Shown here piece by piece: positions 11,501 through 19,669 of a stretch of 64,000 nucleotides of DNA. Where the stretch lies: positions 49,375-113,374 of the forward strand of contig JAUNSB010000001.1 in NCBI GenBank assembly GCA_030539375.1. Reading direction: 5' to 3'. The stretch's first letter is position 1. Each line of letters starts with the position of its first letter. The notes beneath the pieces were generated by a model. It was given only the letters and a program-made list of their open reading frames with translations. It was not told where the DNA came from and made no database searches. A program made the position numbers and the translations under genes. This stretch comes from Prevotella sp. (lineage in GTDB: Bacteria; Bacteroidota; Bacteroidia; Bacteroidales; Bacteroidaceae).

Positions 11501-14500
11501 TCTGCTGCAATTACGATTTCAGGTGTAGTGCCCGCAATGTTCTCAAACTCGTATGCACCTATATCTACTCTACAGTCTTTAATACGGTCGGTGTAATCTG
11601 CATCGTATGATGGCAAAGTAACCTCATTACCATTTAAATCCTTGCCAAGTACATCTGTTCCCTTATTAATAGCAGGAGATGTTTTATGCAAAGAATAATC
11701 TCCTACTGACTGATCTTGAAATAGCTGCGCACCTGGATAGTCATCCATATAATAGATGTTTTTAATCCCAGCATATTTATTAATTCCGTCTTTATGTGCG
11801 TCACTGTTTTTCAGCAGACAATCTGTTATCTTTATTGCATCAGCTTGAGTTTCAAAATCCAATTCTTTTGTGTCTCCATATGTCGGATTATTCGTTGGTG
11901 TATTGCCATAAACAATCGTATTATAAATCTCCAATAATCCCGAATAACCGAACTGTGCAAAATAATTCCCGGAATAAACCGTGCTCGCACCGACATTTCC
12001 CGTAATAGTATTATTATAGAATTTTGCGACCTCAAAAAATATCGCAGTACCTCTTGGGTCATTACATTTTGCTGACAATTTATTTCCAGAGAACAACGTA
12101 TTGAATACAATTCCACTTCTTAGATATAAAGCACTGCCATAAACATATTGTCCTGATTCTCCTACTATATCGTTTTCTGAGAATATACTATTCTCTATTA
12201 TACCGTCATTTTGGAAACATCCGCCACCACGAGTACTCCAGCTTGCTGTATTCACATTATTCCTAATAATACAATTCTTAATATGCCCATTATAACGAAG
12301 TGCTAAACCTGCACCTCCATCACGTTGATGGCGAATCCTTACCCTTCCATTTTGAATAATAAGTCCATCCCAAGAAGTATCATAGACAAAACCATGAGCA
12401 ATATTATTTTTCAACTCCATGTGAGCTATGTCACTACCACCTACCTTACTATCATAAACATAATATGGGAATGGTTGAGTAAGCACCCTGCTACCTTCAT
12501 ATGCATCTTTATAACCATTAAGGTCATGAGTTATATCATAATACGTTGATTCTGCCCCATATTCACCATTTATACCAATCTCTTTAATATCAGCATAATC
12601 ACTATTTGACGGATTAGTAAATACAAGCTTCAAAAAACGTGCATTGACAGTTTTTCCTAAATTAATTGTTTTAGTTTTTGTATTGTTATTATCTGATGAT
12701 GCGTATGAATCAGAAGCAATTAATTTTGCATCTATATCATCCAGCGTTTCAGACAAATAAACTTTTACCGTAAATCCATATCGACGATGTTTAAGATTTA
12801 CCGTCTTAATATTCAAGATTTCCCCTAAGTCAATTGTGATATGGTGAGGATTTTTCGTTTGCGTACCATTACCTGAGTTATATATTGTATGCCACAATGT
12901 ATTTTCGTTACCATCTATAGCGTTAGCAGCCATACCATTTTCACCACCAGTTTCTTCCGAAGAAAAATCAACAACTTTCCATCCCTTTGATTTTTCTGAT
13001 ATATAGTCCCCGGTATCAGTTAGATATTGTCCCCAATTATTAAAATCGGAGCTATTTACTTCTTCTGTTGTATTTGTTTCAATTATAGTCTCATAAGTAC
13101 GTGGTTGGCGCTCATACGTTCCAGGATTTCCTGTAGAGGGGAAACCGCCGAACACATCTACACCATCTCTCATAAAGAAGCCTTCACGACGCAAATATTC
13201 TCCTTCTGCTACCCACACCTGCACCCTGTTTGCATCTACAATAGAAGACACTTGTAAGGTGGAAGATTTCCATCCTGAGCCTGGTGTTTCCGTCTTATAT
13301 ACACTTTTTCCTGTATATTCTATCGAATTATCCGCATTTCGTTTTAATGACCTATAATAAGCCTCATCAACAGCCCACTGCAAACCTGTCAAGAATTTAT
13401 TTTCCTTGTACAACTCAGCATCATACCCTTGGAATCCATGATTATTTCTATACGATGTACAATTTCCGTTTATCGCCTCACTCCATGACGAGCCGTCACC
13501 ACCAGGTTCTGTGGTGTTACCGTAATCACGTACATAGATTACCGTTCCTTTCTTCGGCAGTTCCGCCTCATAGGCTCCAAGGTCGGACACACCACCTAAG
13601 TCACGGTCATTAAGAGTGGTGATATCCTGTGTGTTTTCTGACGATGTGCCCGTTGCCTTGTTTATGATAACAGAAACATCATTGGAACTGGTCAACGGAC
13701 GGAAGACAGTATAACCGCCAAGATAAGTGTCGAAACCTAACTTGGCACCCACATCATTGGTGGGGTTGGCAAAGTTGAGTTGACCTTTTTGTCCTTCACC
13801 CATACCTCCAACTGTTGCCACATCTAAGGTGTTGCCTGAAGTATTGCCGGCGGCAAAGGAGCTGCTGCCTGAGACTTTTGCAACACCAACGTTATTGACA
13901 ATGGTGACATGCTCCATGGTCAGGTCGTCTGCCACAATGAGAGGATTGGTTTGTGTGGAACAAGTATTGTTGTTCACCACACAGTTACGCATAATGACCG
14001 TTGTTGTGGAGGGTGCATAGATGGCGGCACCCGTAACGGCAGTGTTGTCCTCAAAGGTGCAGTTAAGCAACGTTACCTTTGCATTGTCGTATGCCAGCAG
14101 CCCTGCGCCATGCGGCATGACAACATCTGGAGCGACATAGCCGTTGACAATGTGCACACCGTCCAGCTCTATGTCAGCACCTTCCTCTACAGTAACTACA
14201 TGATAGAAACCATTTTCCAGGGCTTCTCCGTCTGGATTACCGTTCAACACCGACCTATGCTCTATCGGGGCACGCCTAACATTATTGCCATCCCTATAAT
14301 AGCCGCCCACGAGGCGAAGCTTCGCACCACTCGCAGTCTTCTTAAATATAATGGTGGCACTACGGTCGTCTTCATCTGTATAGGCATAACGGGGCCACAG
14401 GTCACCCTCCATAACCCTTACCTCCAGCGTCCTGCCGCCAACTTCAGCCTTAGGAAGATCGGCAAGATAATTGATGGCATTATTGATGGAGCGATAGGGA

Positions 14501-17289
14501 TGGTCCCAGTCACGACCATCGTCATACGTGCTTGCATGACCATAAGCCACATATACAATCAGCTTGTTCTGGTCGGTCGTCGCATCATACCGTATATCTA
14601 TATTATCACCACGGAAGGCACCAATTGTAGGCTTTTCGGCAAAAAGTCTTCCCTCTACATCCAGCTCAGGAACCAGCTGCACCTCATTTGGGAACTGCGG
14701 CAGAGGCATACCTGCCGACCAAAGAGAGCTTCCCTTCATTGGCTTCCAATAATAATCGATGTTTGTCCAAGTCTGCTGTACTCCATAAGTTTTTTTCAAT
14801 ACATCATTTGAAGTCATGACACCCCCTGAGGAGAATGCAGGACCGTTCAGGGTCTCATTAGATTCCTTTTGATTTTTCTCCAATATGCGGACAGTTCCCT
14901 CCTGTGTGATATAGTTCCAGATGGCATTGTCGGCACCCGATATGGCATTATATAAAAAACGCACCTTGGCGTTAGTAGGATTTTTAGCATATACTGGCAC
15001 ATCCGCAGGCTCACCCGTACTGCCAAAACGGTTGTTCCACAACACTGAGTTGACAAGCAGCGCATACTCGTTGATATACACGCCACCCGTCTGTGAAGTA
15101 TTTGTATAAGCGGCATCTACAGACTTCGGACAGTAGTTGTTGGCAATGGTGTTATGCAGCAGCACACCTCCAAGGTTGCAATACACAGCACCGTTGTTGC
15201 GGGCAGTGTTGTTGGTGATGACATTGGTAGATGCCGTCACGGCTGTGGGCTTGTCGGCAATGGCATTCAGATAAATGCCAGCACCGTTGTCACCATAGTT
15301 GTTTGCCAGCATACAACGGTGTATCAGTCCGTCATGCTCCACATAGGCTGCACCGCCATCGTCGCCAGCATTATTGTTATAGACAAGTGATGTGCGCAGT
15401 CTGGCGCCATCTGCCATATAGACACCTCCACCATGACGCATAGCCGCATTCTCCTTGATGATACAGTTCTCCACCATGATATTCTGCCCCTTCATGTATA
15501 TGCCGCCGCCACGGTCTGTAAGGAAGTCGGTCTCTCCATTACCACCCTGGGCATTGCCACCCCTAACGGTAAAGCCTTCCAGTCTGGTAAGGGTGGAAAA
15601 TTCCTTTTCTGCGCCGCCATCGGGCAAGAAGGGAGCAAACCACACCACATGACGTGAGTCGCTGGAAACTGACAGTTCGTTATTGCCCCATGTCACTGAG
15701 CCTATATAGCTGGCTCCCTGCAGCGTGGTCTCGTGAATAAAGTCCCAAGGCATGCCGCCATCTTTCTTCTTACGTTCGGTCTTGTCTTTCTCTGTTCCCG
15801 CAAAACCTCCATATACACTTACGCCGTCTCTCATGCGGAAGGTAGCAGTATAGGGCAGGCTCGACACAAGTGGCACCTTAGGCGAATAAGTACCCTCGGC
15901 TACCCACACTTCTCCTCCTCCGCTCTCTGCCAGCTCGTCTATCATTGCCTGCAGGTCATTGGAGGCATCGCTCCAAGATGCTCCACGCCCCATTCCGTCT
16001 ATACTAACATAACGTATGCGGCTGCCCGACACAGGCTCATACTCATAGGCGCCAATGTCTATCTTATCATTATACACGCGGGGCTCGTCGTTCATATCCA
16101 CACTGCCATAACGACTGGCATCGTAGAGACTGTTGTCACCACTGTCCACAAGAATGGTGACACCGTTCGGTTCCCAGTCCCAATAAGGATAGAGGTCATC
16201 CTCAAGCAACTTGAAGTCAGCATCATAACCTCGTCTCAATGAAGGCAATACAAAATCTGGACCTTCCGTGTCCCTGTTCCTGATACTGAGATAGATGTTG
16301 CCTTTCTGCTTGTCCTCATCTGTGGCACGGGAGAAGGCGGAATGATAAAAATCAGGCTTGGTGTCCTCACTTGTCGTGAAGATGGTGTTTCCCCAGATAA
16401 CGGTGTTATAGACCGGCATGCCAGGACCGTCTATGCCGGAGCCACTGTTGCGGGTGACGCTGCAGCTTACAATCTTTGCCTTTTCAGAGTTATCTGTTTT
16501 TGCCGTTGCCCTGACACCACCATTGACATTGTTGAATATCACACTGTTCACCACCGTAGCCGCACCGGCTATATACAATCCTCCACCATTGTTGGCAAGT
16601 ACGTTTTGTGAGCCTGCCACATTATTAAATACGGCACAATGGTCTATCAGATTCTCGCCCAAGGCTGTTGTCTGCACATTACTGTCCACATAGATGCCGG
16701 CACCTTCGGCTGCACGGTTTTCCACTAAGCAACATTGCTCTATGTGAAAGGCACCGCCCTGACTGTTGTCACCAGTTACAAAGATACCACCTCCTTTTTC
16801 TGTGAAACTGCTGGCATTATCCTGCGGCAAGTTGTTGCTGAGCGACAGACCGTTCACTATGGTTGGCAGAGTGTTGTTGTTGCCCGACTTCGCAGGATCG
16901 AGATCCATGGTAAGCACATGGTCTATGTGAGAATTAACCTCACGGCTGATTAAAGAACGGTATCTTAGCCTATATTGTTTCTTTCCCTGATACTCACGCT
17001 GACCGATGCCGGTCTCATTACCCTTGAAGCCGCCATATACCTTTACGCCCGACTTCACAGTGAGACCTGCCGTAATATGATAAGCCTTAGTGACATCATC
17101 AGAGCCTTGTATCCATATTTCATCTCCAGATTTAGCTTTACTGAACGCGTCTGCCAAGGTTGTGACTGTCCGCCAGCCATCGGTGACTGGTTGCCCGTCG
17201 TACGTCACATAATAGACAGTAGCCTTTGCCGCCAAATGAGTTGACAGCAATAGAAAAACAATCAATATATTGCGTAAGTGTCTCAGCAT
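5350..17289 (-). CDS. giant (3,979 aa) secreted multi-module parallel beta-helix protein: Pmp-like GGAI/FxxN repeats, one F5/8 type C (discoidin) domain, T9SS C-terminal sorting domain
   Basis: A single uninterrupted 11.9-kb ORF. N-terminal signal peptide MLRHLRNILIVFLLLSTHLAAKA. There are dozens of GGGIY/GAAIY/GGAIH and F.NN/F.DN repeats. Eight module ends resemble DIGAYE. Discoidin signature NAIDGNENTLWHT. The C-terminus (...VITIYSVSGATVTSRV...LVEVKHNGKVVVKKIRV) resembles a Por secretion tail. Confidence 0.85.
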   Translation of the reverse strand: MLRHLRNILIVFLLLSTHLAAKATVYYVTYDGQPVTDGWRTVTTLADAFSKAKSGDEIWIQGSDDVTKAYHITAGLTVKSGVKVYGGFKGNETGIGQREYQGKKQYRLRYRSLISREVNSHIDHVLTMDLDPAKSGNNNTLPTIVNGLSLSNNLPQDNASSFTEKGGGIFVTGDNSQGGAFHIEQCCLVENRAAEGAGIYVDSNVQTTALGENLIDHCAVFNNVAGSQNVLANNGGGLYIAGAATVVNSVIFNNVNGGVRATAKTDNSEKAKIVSCSVTRNSGSGIDGPGMPVYNTVIWGNTIFTTSEDTKPDFYHSAFSRATDEDKQKGNIYLSIRNRDTEGPDFVLPSLRRGYDADFKLLEDDLYPYWDWEPNGVTILVDSGDNSLYDASRYGSVDMNDEPRVYNDKIDIGAYEYEPVSGSRIRYVSIDGMGRGASWSDASNDLQAMIDELAESGGGEVWVAEGTYSPKVPLVSSLPYTATFRMRDGVSVYGGFAGTEKDKTERKKKDGGMPWDFIHETTLQGASYIGSVTWGNNELSVSSDSRHVVWFAPFLPDGGAEKEFSTLTRLEGFTVRGGNAQGGNGETDFLTDRGGGIYMKGQNIMVENCIIKENAAMRHGGGVYMADGARLRTSLVYNNNAGDDGGAAYVEHDGLIHRCMLANNYGDNGAGIYLNAIADKPTAVTASTNVITNNTARNNGAVYCNLGGVLLHNTIANNYCPKSVDAAYTNTSQTGGVYINEYALLVNSVLWNNRFGSTGEPADVPVYAKNPTNAKVRFLYNAISGADNAIWNYITQEGTVRILEKNQKESNETLNGPAFSSGGVMTSNDVLKKTYGVQQTWTNIDYYWKPMKGSSLWSAGMPLPQFPNEVQLVPELDVEGRLFAEKPTIGAFRGDNIDIRYDATTDQNKLIVYVAYGHASTYDDGRDWDHPYRSINNAINYLADLPKAEVGGRTLEVRVMEGDLWPRYAYTDEDDRSATIIFKKTASGAKLRLVGGYYRDGNNVRRAPIEHRSVLNGNPDGEALENGFYHVVTVEEGADIELDGVHIVNGYVAPDVVMPHGAGLLAYDNAKVTLLNCTFEDNTAVTGAAIYAPSTTTVIMRNCVVNNNTCSTQTNPLIVADDLTMEHVTIVNNVGVAKVSGSSSFAAGNTSGNTLDVATVGGMGEGQKGQLNFANPTNDVGAKLGFDTYLGGYTVFRPLTSSNDVSVIINKATGTSSENTQDITTLNDRDLGGVSDLGAYEAELPKKGTVIYVRDYGNTTEPGGDGSSWSEAINGNCTSYRNNHGFQGYDAELYKENKFLTGLQWAVDEAYYRSLKRNADNSIEYTGKSVYKTETPGSGWKSSTLQVSSIVDANRVQVWVAEGEYLRREGFFMRDGVDVFGGFPSTGNPGTYERQPRTYETIIETNTTEEVNSSDFNNWGQYLTDTGDYISEKSKGWKVVDFSSEETGGENGMAANAIDGNENTLWHTIYNSGNGTQTKNPHHITIDLGEILNIKTVNLKHRRYGFTVKVYLSETLDDIDAKLIASDSYASSDNNNTKTKTINLGKTVNARFLKLVFTNPSNSDYADIKEIGINGEYGAESTYYDITHDLNGYKDAYEGSRVLTQPFPYYVYDSKVGGSDIAHMELKNNIAHGFVYDTSWDGLIIQNGRVRIRHQRDGGAGLALRYNGHIKNCIIRNNVNTASWSTRGGGCFQNDGIIENSIFSENDIVGESGQYVYGSALYLRSGIVFNTLFSGNKLSAKCNDPRGTAIFFEVAKFYNNTITGNVGASTVYSGNYFAQFGYSGLLEIYNTIVYGNTPTNNPTYGDTKELDFETQADAIKITDCLLKNSDAHKDGINKYAGIKNIYYMDDYPGAQLFQDQSVGDYSLHKTSPAINKGTDVLGKDLNGNEVTLPSYDADYTDRIKDCRVDIGAYEFENIAGTTPEIVIAADDSNRKMAVYYVTQNGNETGDMSGSSLANAACATKLQTVLDAAGEYARKSAKGEVDKVDAVIVKVAGYANTNAESTPYHATKLADEKDPQSYSYSVPYGVTLMGGFNDQAADWNDSADRKKDDNGNVIRDVMKFPTVLSPIKKATATTTQDINGYHAVTFMEKPQDWTGADVKTIIDGVYLEGGAATSLAGEGNPNTQGGGAIVPAWAHVRNCVVQNNTAMYGGGLYVLPGGTVSGCAILHNTAEKEGGGIYVSAKGLTTGYPAYLISNTIADNEAQLAGGVYSEKGAAMFANSVIFGNNAGSNKNVSADLNPTKAELFEQVYKKADGTSEIEEWYPFNKCYVEAVELPGNFFNMSMINDKTTYFNDDDDYTPKPYSLLISHGMTTYFQQQLEALLGVAAYDMRGVQRVDYPDDKNISVDCGAYAVIDAKVQDKKLVKRLFVSRGLNVIMGDGTYIGQSFYTPFSWLGDALEYIRTVRENNVPGAKEAEFEIFVASGTYKPRRRRADAHTVSGGVTDQRQNSFSVPYNVKIYGGFSGYETYCSHEDGGSYSPAGVDGTLSFVDITGYEAEEIKKDILDKREYSDYNGNNILEPWEMAHGTILSGAIDMEGNEQNTYHVLYSDRGTSTGDPETQSVTLDGLTVMNGKTKDFLYSETGGDDNSEVGCGAGLYSNGVDYKIVNCRFMDNEAVRGGGIYVRNGNLTSINSAFAGCSTVDDKSGNAAGGGVYMAVIGAATEPIGTFRAVNTIFVNNTSVGTGGAIHVAGGSVDLMNNTIVSNKTATGPVISSDANKKVKMVNTLLWNNKSDSGRDSTIPGAVDITYSASDIDYNDLFAAGNTWHNFKLVSDNMDLSGPRFANPNMQVGAANYNPVSNWNPIAQSPLTDTGSGKVAPDGSDYTQDATYVGDAQAYRDWFKLYAKEYISDYMGNADYLRYSGPLKEDGTADSRPIDIGLYEYQYRQDFSTMDAIYVDVFNKGLGNGQNWMNATDDLRGAIIGASNPTSNNNKTRRVFVKAGEYVDPLVALGSTYALHTGDKNGLEWTNLEIYGSCTGTTIENKVRETQDFSAPTVIHNYPDIKAQKLLDISSDKNVFLSGITFINNTGCGIYVSSNSAPLTLRNVAIRACDDDGLLFDKNTGKVLLVNTLFADNKKNGLNVGSVEGNNITLVNTTFAQNGTDMSKSLLNVYNSTSWNNTTQHMIADNVTEKDNIYYNKVFIAGTVNDDLNDGPRFRDPDNAKLEDRDYRIRPNFTLLNMGNEATYKTKAGVADMSAEKDLNNVVRVVGNIDIGAYEFESDLRPIIYVKPGLLNSDKSGKDWDNAIDDLQDAVDLAGMYVNANKDKTNAYVFAHHTLKDTETLQVKYQGVKVYGGMNDEATTDTETDEIVTDLLDKRVGLLERDSRSELNGGLVISGDNSVVDGFEVNVSPVINKGILSTSVVTKDVIGAADGILYNTLVKGSVSGVKTVNVTATGEIETATSNDNNRTGAAGDNRYVTTDDWEYQLMETSADIDAGTTDIIDYITMVGHSRDIAGNKRIRNTVDNGCFETWNITKEMTADNVVTEDDYPHGKSVVYVRHTDGTGNDGSVYDGGAELLITKNYTDATPFNPGFLLLEHHAGLRANNKAVGLTHFAVERNIGASGTDMAVMPFEVTRTEGTAMLSLYDAATRAGYSYQYSGTDGAWTGTNYNTYRTPITTGWLLEGMAGSKVRFFGNCYVENVDAGKSIELLKNNFNEPWTSSSSGGNRFTHKENMSWNLFGSPYLCAMNYSDMKYGRVMYGYHNGAYTTLNTIDDNAEGYIPAGDAVFTQTATLKERETIEVEIPTAGNTKSGTAYLGSKDMAVALSHANTRSGGDGQEDRLQLKAVPVGESRSDFDINGDGVKWMSAGRPQIYARQGGGRYSLLSAVNKEGEVSVGVSLPEAGMYTFAIPGDCNVDDYETVVLKDNETGKTVDLLEGQYDFSIAEAGDVEGRFTVSFNRMLNDKTDNVLRIFSPKRNMVRVEGLSQDDVITIYSVSGATVTSRVASSSVEQFTVAADGIVLVEVKHNGKVVVKKIRV
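12562..12990 (-). other. F5/8 type C (discoidin/lectin-like) domain inserted in module 4 of the giant protein
   Basis: KGWKVVDFSSEETGGENGMAANAIDGNENTLWHT...ITIDLGEILNIKTVNLKHR...ARFLKLVFTNPSNSDYADIKEIGINGEY. Coordinates were mapped by locating the codons on the minus strand. Confidence 0.65.
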
Positions 17290-17303
17290 ATTATTTTTTA
17301 TCC

Positions 17304-18362
17304 TTAATTATTCAGTGTTATAGTAGTTGCTCCCGTCACCCCACGGATAGTGGTGTTCACCTTATACCATGTGGATTTTTGTATTTTGTCAGGAAACTGG
17401 AAGGTGTAAGAATCCTGTCTCACGGCACCGTCCTTTGTGGCAGAAAGATTAAATTTCACATGAGGGGTTCCTTTACTTGGGAATACATAGTGATACACAC
17501 GCCCGTTGCGCTTGCTGACAGCTGATGTGTTCACGAATAGGGACTGTCCTGCAAAAGTCTCAGTCCCTGTATATAATTCAGGGAAAAGACACCCCTTGCC
17601 TTTGCCTGCTGCTGCCTCTTCAGATGTATTATAAAAGGTGAAGTTCTCAACCTTCACATCTGTATATCCTTGTGTGTAGGCATCCTGCGCGTCCCACTGT
17701 ATGTCTATCTTCGTGGCTAAGCGGGTGAGGCGCATGGAGGGAATGGGCTTCAGTTCTCCATTGTCTGCATCCTTGCTTATCTCATATTCCGCCAGATTGC
17801 CACTTTGGTCGTCCTGATAATATCCCGTGGCAACACTCAGGAACTTCTCTGTCTGGCTTGCATCTCCCGAGGCATAGTCGTTGGAGATGAGCAAAGCTTT
17901 AACTGCCTCATCCGTGGTACACCCTTGAATGGCAGCCTTAGGACTGTTGACAGCATCGCTGCTATAAGTCACGCCGTAGATATGCACCTTACCTTTCTGT
18001 ACATACAACCTGAGCTGTCTGTAAGTGGTGCCCGTATATACAGGCAAACGCTCAAAGTCATCCTTGGTCAGGATTTTCACAACAACGGGAAGATTGCCGG
18101 TGTCAGTCTCATCCTCCAACTCCGTATAAGCTATGATGACAGCCAGCTCGTCCCAGTACTCGCCTTCACTTACTGCCTCGCCCGGGTCCCCCACTGCCCT
18201 TGTGCCACTGCCTTGCGGAGCTGCAATGAGAAGCGTAATTGTCTCTGCCGGCTCTTCATTTATAGAGCCGGCATCATCGTGGCTGCATGAAAGAAGTGAC
18301 ATCAAGCACACCACCATTATTATATATATGTGTTGTTTGCTCTTTAACATTTTCTTCTTCAT
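17304..18362 (-). CDS. fimbrillin-like accessory lipoprotein (type V pilus minor/tip subunit candidate)
   Basis: Lipoprotein signal MKKKMLKSKQHIYIIMVVCLMSLLSC. Pilin-like motif SMRLTRLATKIDIQW. Its stop lies 15 nt upstream of the giant gene start. The start was trimmed from 18398. Confidence 0.5.
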   Translation of the reverse strand: MKKKMLKSKQHIYIIMVVCLMSLLSCSHDDAGSINEEPAETITLLIAAPQGSGTRAVGDPGEAVSEGEYWDELAVIIAYTELEDETDTGNLPVVVKILTKDDFERLPVYTGTTYRQLRLYVQKGKVHIYGVTYSSDAVNSPKAAIQGCTTDEAVKALLISNDYASGDASQTEKFLSVATGYYQDDQSGNLAEYEISKDADNGELKPIPSMRLTRLATKIDIQWDAQDAYTQGYTDVKVENFTFYNTSEEAAAGKGKGCLFPELYTGTETFAGQSLFVNTSAVSKRNGRVYHYVFPSKGTPHVKFNLSATKDGAVRQDSYTFQFPDKIQKSTWYKVNTTIRGVTGATTITLNN

Positions 18363-18471
18363 AGACTTCGTCGATTCTTCACTCTTCACTGACTTCATCG
18401 ATTCTCGGCTGCACCTCGGGATAGCTCAAGCAAGCTTGGCTCTCCACTCGGCTTGCACGAGAATTCTTCAT

Positions 18472-19458
18472 TTATATCTCTATCTCATAGTCACCGCCGG
18501 GTTTCCAGTCGAGTGTTACGCTTACACCCACCTCAGGTGCCTCGGTAGTAACACTCCCGTCAGGATTGAGATTTACCTTTATTATCTTTAGTTGGGCAGC
18601 CTTCAAAGGCTCTCTGACATACAGTTTTGTCTCCGTTATCTTTCCGTTGACGGTCACATACACATGATAGCTCCAGATACCATCAGCCTCACCCGCTCTT
18701 AAACGCATACTGTCAAGAGAAGGAAATCCCGCTGTATGCAGACAGGTGTGCCCCCCCTCATCCATACGGGTGGTGCGCACAGCTGTTGTACGTTCATGGT
18801 GATACACACTGTCGTTTACGGAGAAGTCATTGGCAAGTCCAACCACATACGCCTTAATGTCATCCACGACTACGCCATTGCGGTTGATGACCAATGCCGT
18901 AGCACTGTTCTGCATATACAGGGGAACGGTGAAGGTGTAGTTCTCTGACTTTACGGGCATGTCCTTGCGGGCAGTGAACAGTCCGTGACTGTGCCCGTCG
19001 ATGGTGTCATTTGGCACATTGGCTATATTTACCTGCTGGTCTGTATCCTGTCCGGAGAGGGTGAGAACCGGGTTGGCAGCCACATTTGCCCATGCCAAAT
19101 GACGATAGTCAGCTGCCTTAAGATAGATGGTGAACGAGGCATTTGCGGCATTTATCTGATGTGCCTCATGATGTGCCTGTCCATTATTAGCATAGAAATT
19201 GATGTCCAGATCGCGAGCAACATCAGAGAAAATGTCTGCCAAGGCTTGTTCCAACCTCCGTGCCATCGCCTGCTCCTCGGGTACCGACAGCTCTGAGTCT
19301 ATCTCCGTCTGCATATTGGTATACAGCCGCACCTGATACTTGACGGTATAGTCTGTGCCACAGTCCGACATATCCTCATCAATGCAGGAGCTCAATGCCA
19401 ATGGAAATACCATTGCCACCGCTATCCGCCACATATTATAATGTAATGTCCTCATCAT
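18472..19458 (-). CDS. FimB/Mfa2-family fimbrial anchor subunit
   Basis: 328 aa. Lipobox LALSSC followed by IDEDMSDCGTDYTVKYQVRLY, a typical Mfa2/FimB N-terminus. It lies directly downstream of the Mfa1-like gene. Confidence 0.6.
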   Translation of the reverse strand: MMRTLHYNMWRIAVAMVFPLALSSCIDEDMSDCGTDYTVKYQVRLYTNMQTEIDSELSVPEEQAMARRLEQALADIFSDVARDLDINFYANNGQAHHEAHQINAANASFTIYLKAADYRHLAWANVAANPVLTLSGQDTDQQVNIANVPNDTIDGHSHGLFTARKDMPVKSENYTFTVPLYMQNSATALVINRNGVVVDDIKAYVVGLANDFSVNDSVYHHERTTAVRTTRMDEGGHTCLHTAGFPSLDSMRLRAGEADGIWSYHVYVTVNGKITETKLYVREPLKAAQLKIIKVNLNPDGSVTTEAPEVGVSVTLDWKPGGDYEIEI

Positions 19459-19669
19459 CGTTCAGTTTTTTCTCCCTCAGCCCTTCGGAAGATTAACGGT
19501 TATCCTCGGGCTCTAATTGAGGGCTTTGTTGACGACAGCCCTACGAAAGACTGCCGCCATGTTTTTGTCGTCTTAGAAAGTATGTTAAGATACTTTGCCG
19601 TTTATCCTAAGATACTTTGCCAAGTAAGTTAACATGCTCGGAAAATCCGGCTTCCTGAGAATACTTTGT

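Noticed and set aside
5769-17244. Many plus-strand ORFs of 60-300 aa (for example 13909..14811, 6628..7281, 10207..10827) inside the giant gene
   Set aside because: All are antisense to one uninterrupted 11.9-kb ORF with consistent repeat architecture. Their products are Cys/His/Ile-rich nonsense typical of the reverse frame of Gly/Asn/Asp-rich repeats.
5350-17289. Possibility that the 3,979-aa ORF is an assembly artefact or a fusion of several genes
   Set aside because: There is one signal peptide at the N-terminus, one sorting domain at the C-terminus and no internal stop in 11.9 kb. The eight modules are too diverged at the DNA level to cause a collapsed or expanded repeat assembly. A fusion cannot be fully excluded without read data.
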